NCBI GenBank assembly: GCA_042217585.1
Contig: JBDGSJ010000022.1
Coordinates: forward strand, 1-16,872
Length of the DNA stretch: 16,872 bases
Direction: 5' to 3'
From: Candidatus Nanohaloarchaea archaeon
GTDB lineage: Archaea; Nanohalarchaeota; Nanosalinia; Nanosalinales; Nanosalinaceae
Each line of letters opens with the position of its first letter. The stretch's first letter is position 1. Shown piece by piece: positions 16,378 through 16,872 of this stretch. Both the position numbers and the translations under genes were made by a program. The notes below the pieces were generated by a model, which was not told the DNA's origin, did no database searches, and saw only the letters and a program-made list of their open reading frames with translations.

Positions 16378-16428
16378 GGTCCTTTCTTGGAAGCACAGGT
16401 ATATCACTCTGTGGACGGAACCTGTTAC
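16378..16428. promoter_or_regulatory. Divergent promoter esterase / VOC gene
   Basis: 51-nt gap with a central TATAT (16400-16404), 22-24 nt from both ATGs. Confidence 0.55.
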
Positions 16429-16872
16429 ATGACAGATGAAGAACCCGTAACCGCTGAAAGACCTGAAACGACGCTGAACACCTCCGGAGTCGACCACATC
16501 ACGATATGGGGGAGCAACGAGGAGGACACCATCGAGTTCTACCGGGACGTGCTCGGGATGCCGCTGGTCCTCCGCCAGCCCAACCTCGACGACCCGGACC
16601 AGACACATCTCTTCTTCGACGCCGGCGACGGAAGGATAATCACCTTCTTCGTGAGCGACGACAGGGACTCGAGTAGAAGCCCGCAGAGGGGAGGGGTCGG
16701 AGCGGTCCACCACATCTCGTTCAAGGTCTCCCCGGACCGCTTCCAGGACGCGATAGACGCGCTCGAGGAGGACGGCCGCAGCTTCAACATGTTCGACCGC
16801 GGGATATTCCACTCCCTGTACACCCACGACAACAACGGACTGGTCATAGAACTCTCTGCTGACAAGTACGAG
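16429..16872 (+). CDS. VOC-family (glyoxalase / ring-cleaving dioxygenase-like) protein, 3'-truncated by the window edge
   Basis: Absent from the ORF track. Manual translation: MTDEEPVTAERPETTLNTSGVDHITIWGSNEEDTIEFYRDVLGMPLVLRQPNLDDP...GAVHHISF...DNNGLVIELSADKYE, with the His/His/Glu metal-ligand pattern. Confidence 0.9.
   Translation, partial: MTDEEPVTAERPETTLNTSGVDHITIWGSNEEDTIEFYRDVLGMPLVLRQPNLDDPDQTHLFFDAGDGRIITFFVSDDRDSSRSPQRGGVGAVHHISFKVSPDRFQDAIDALEEDGRSFNMFDRGIFHSLYTHDNNGLVIELSADKYE

Noticed and set aside
16378..16827. N-terminal extension of the esterase ORF
   Set aside because: It is antisense to the real VOC gene; ATG 16377 fits the family length and promoter spacing.
1..16872. 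CRISPR array, transposase, integrase, tRNA or rRNA
   Set aside because: No periodic repeats, mobile-element proteins, cloverleaf or rRNA signatures were seen.

Overview
Gene-dense, roughly 60% GC archaeal chromosome segment. The proteins are strongly acidic and Glu-rich, AGG (Arg) and ATA (Ile) codons are frequent, promoters look leaderless and intergenic gaps are tiny. This suggests a halophilic archaeon outside class Halobacteria, most likely Nanohaloarchaeota (DPANN); this assignment is inference. Left to right: Trm11-type tRNA methyltransferase, two tandem UPF0104 flippase-like paralogs, RNase P protein Rpp21, two GT4 glycosyltransferases resembling glycolipid synthases, a DUF2070-like membrane protein, SufT/DUF59, a universal stress protein, an acidic hypothetical protein, a C50-carotenoid (bacterioruberin-type) cluster (crtE-like and crtB divergent from crtD/crtI-lyeJ-cruF), a YdjM-like hydrolase, a 576-nt gap without a credible gene, a HAD hydrolase, a carboxylesterase and a VOC-family gene running off the right end. 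Most interesting: (1) a candidate ~390-nt, highly structured minus-strand ncRNA at about 14753-15140, with its own TATA box and U-tract, that matches no family I recognise; (2) carotenoid plus glycolipid/flippase genes in what looks like a host-dependent lineage, including an Asp-to-Gly change in a CrtB catalytic motif.
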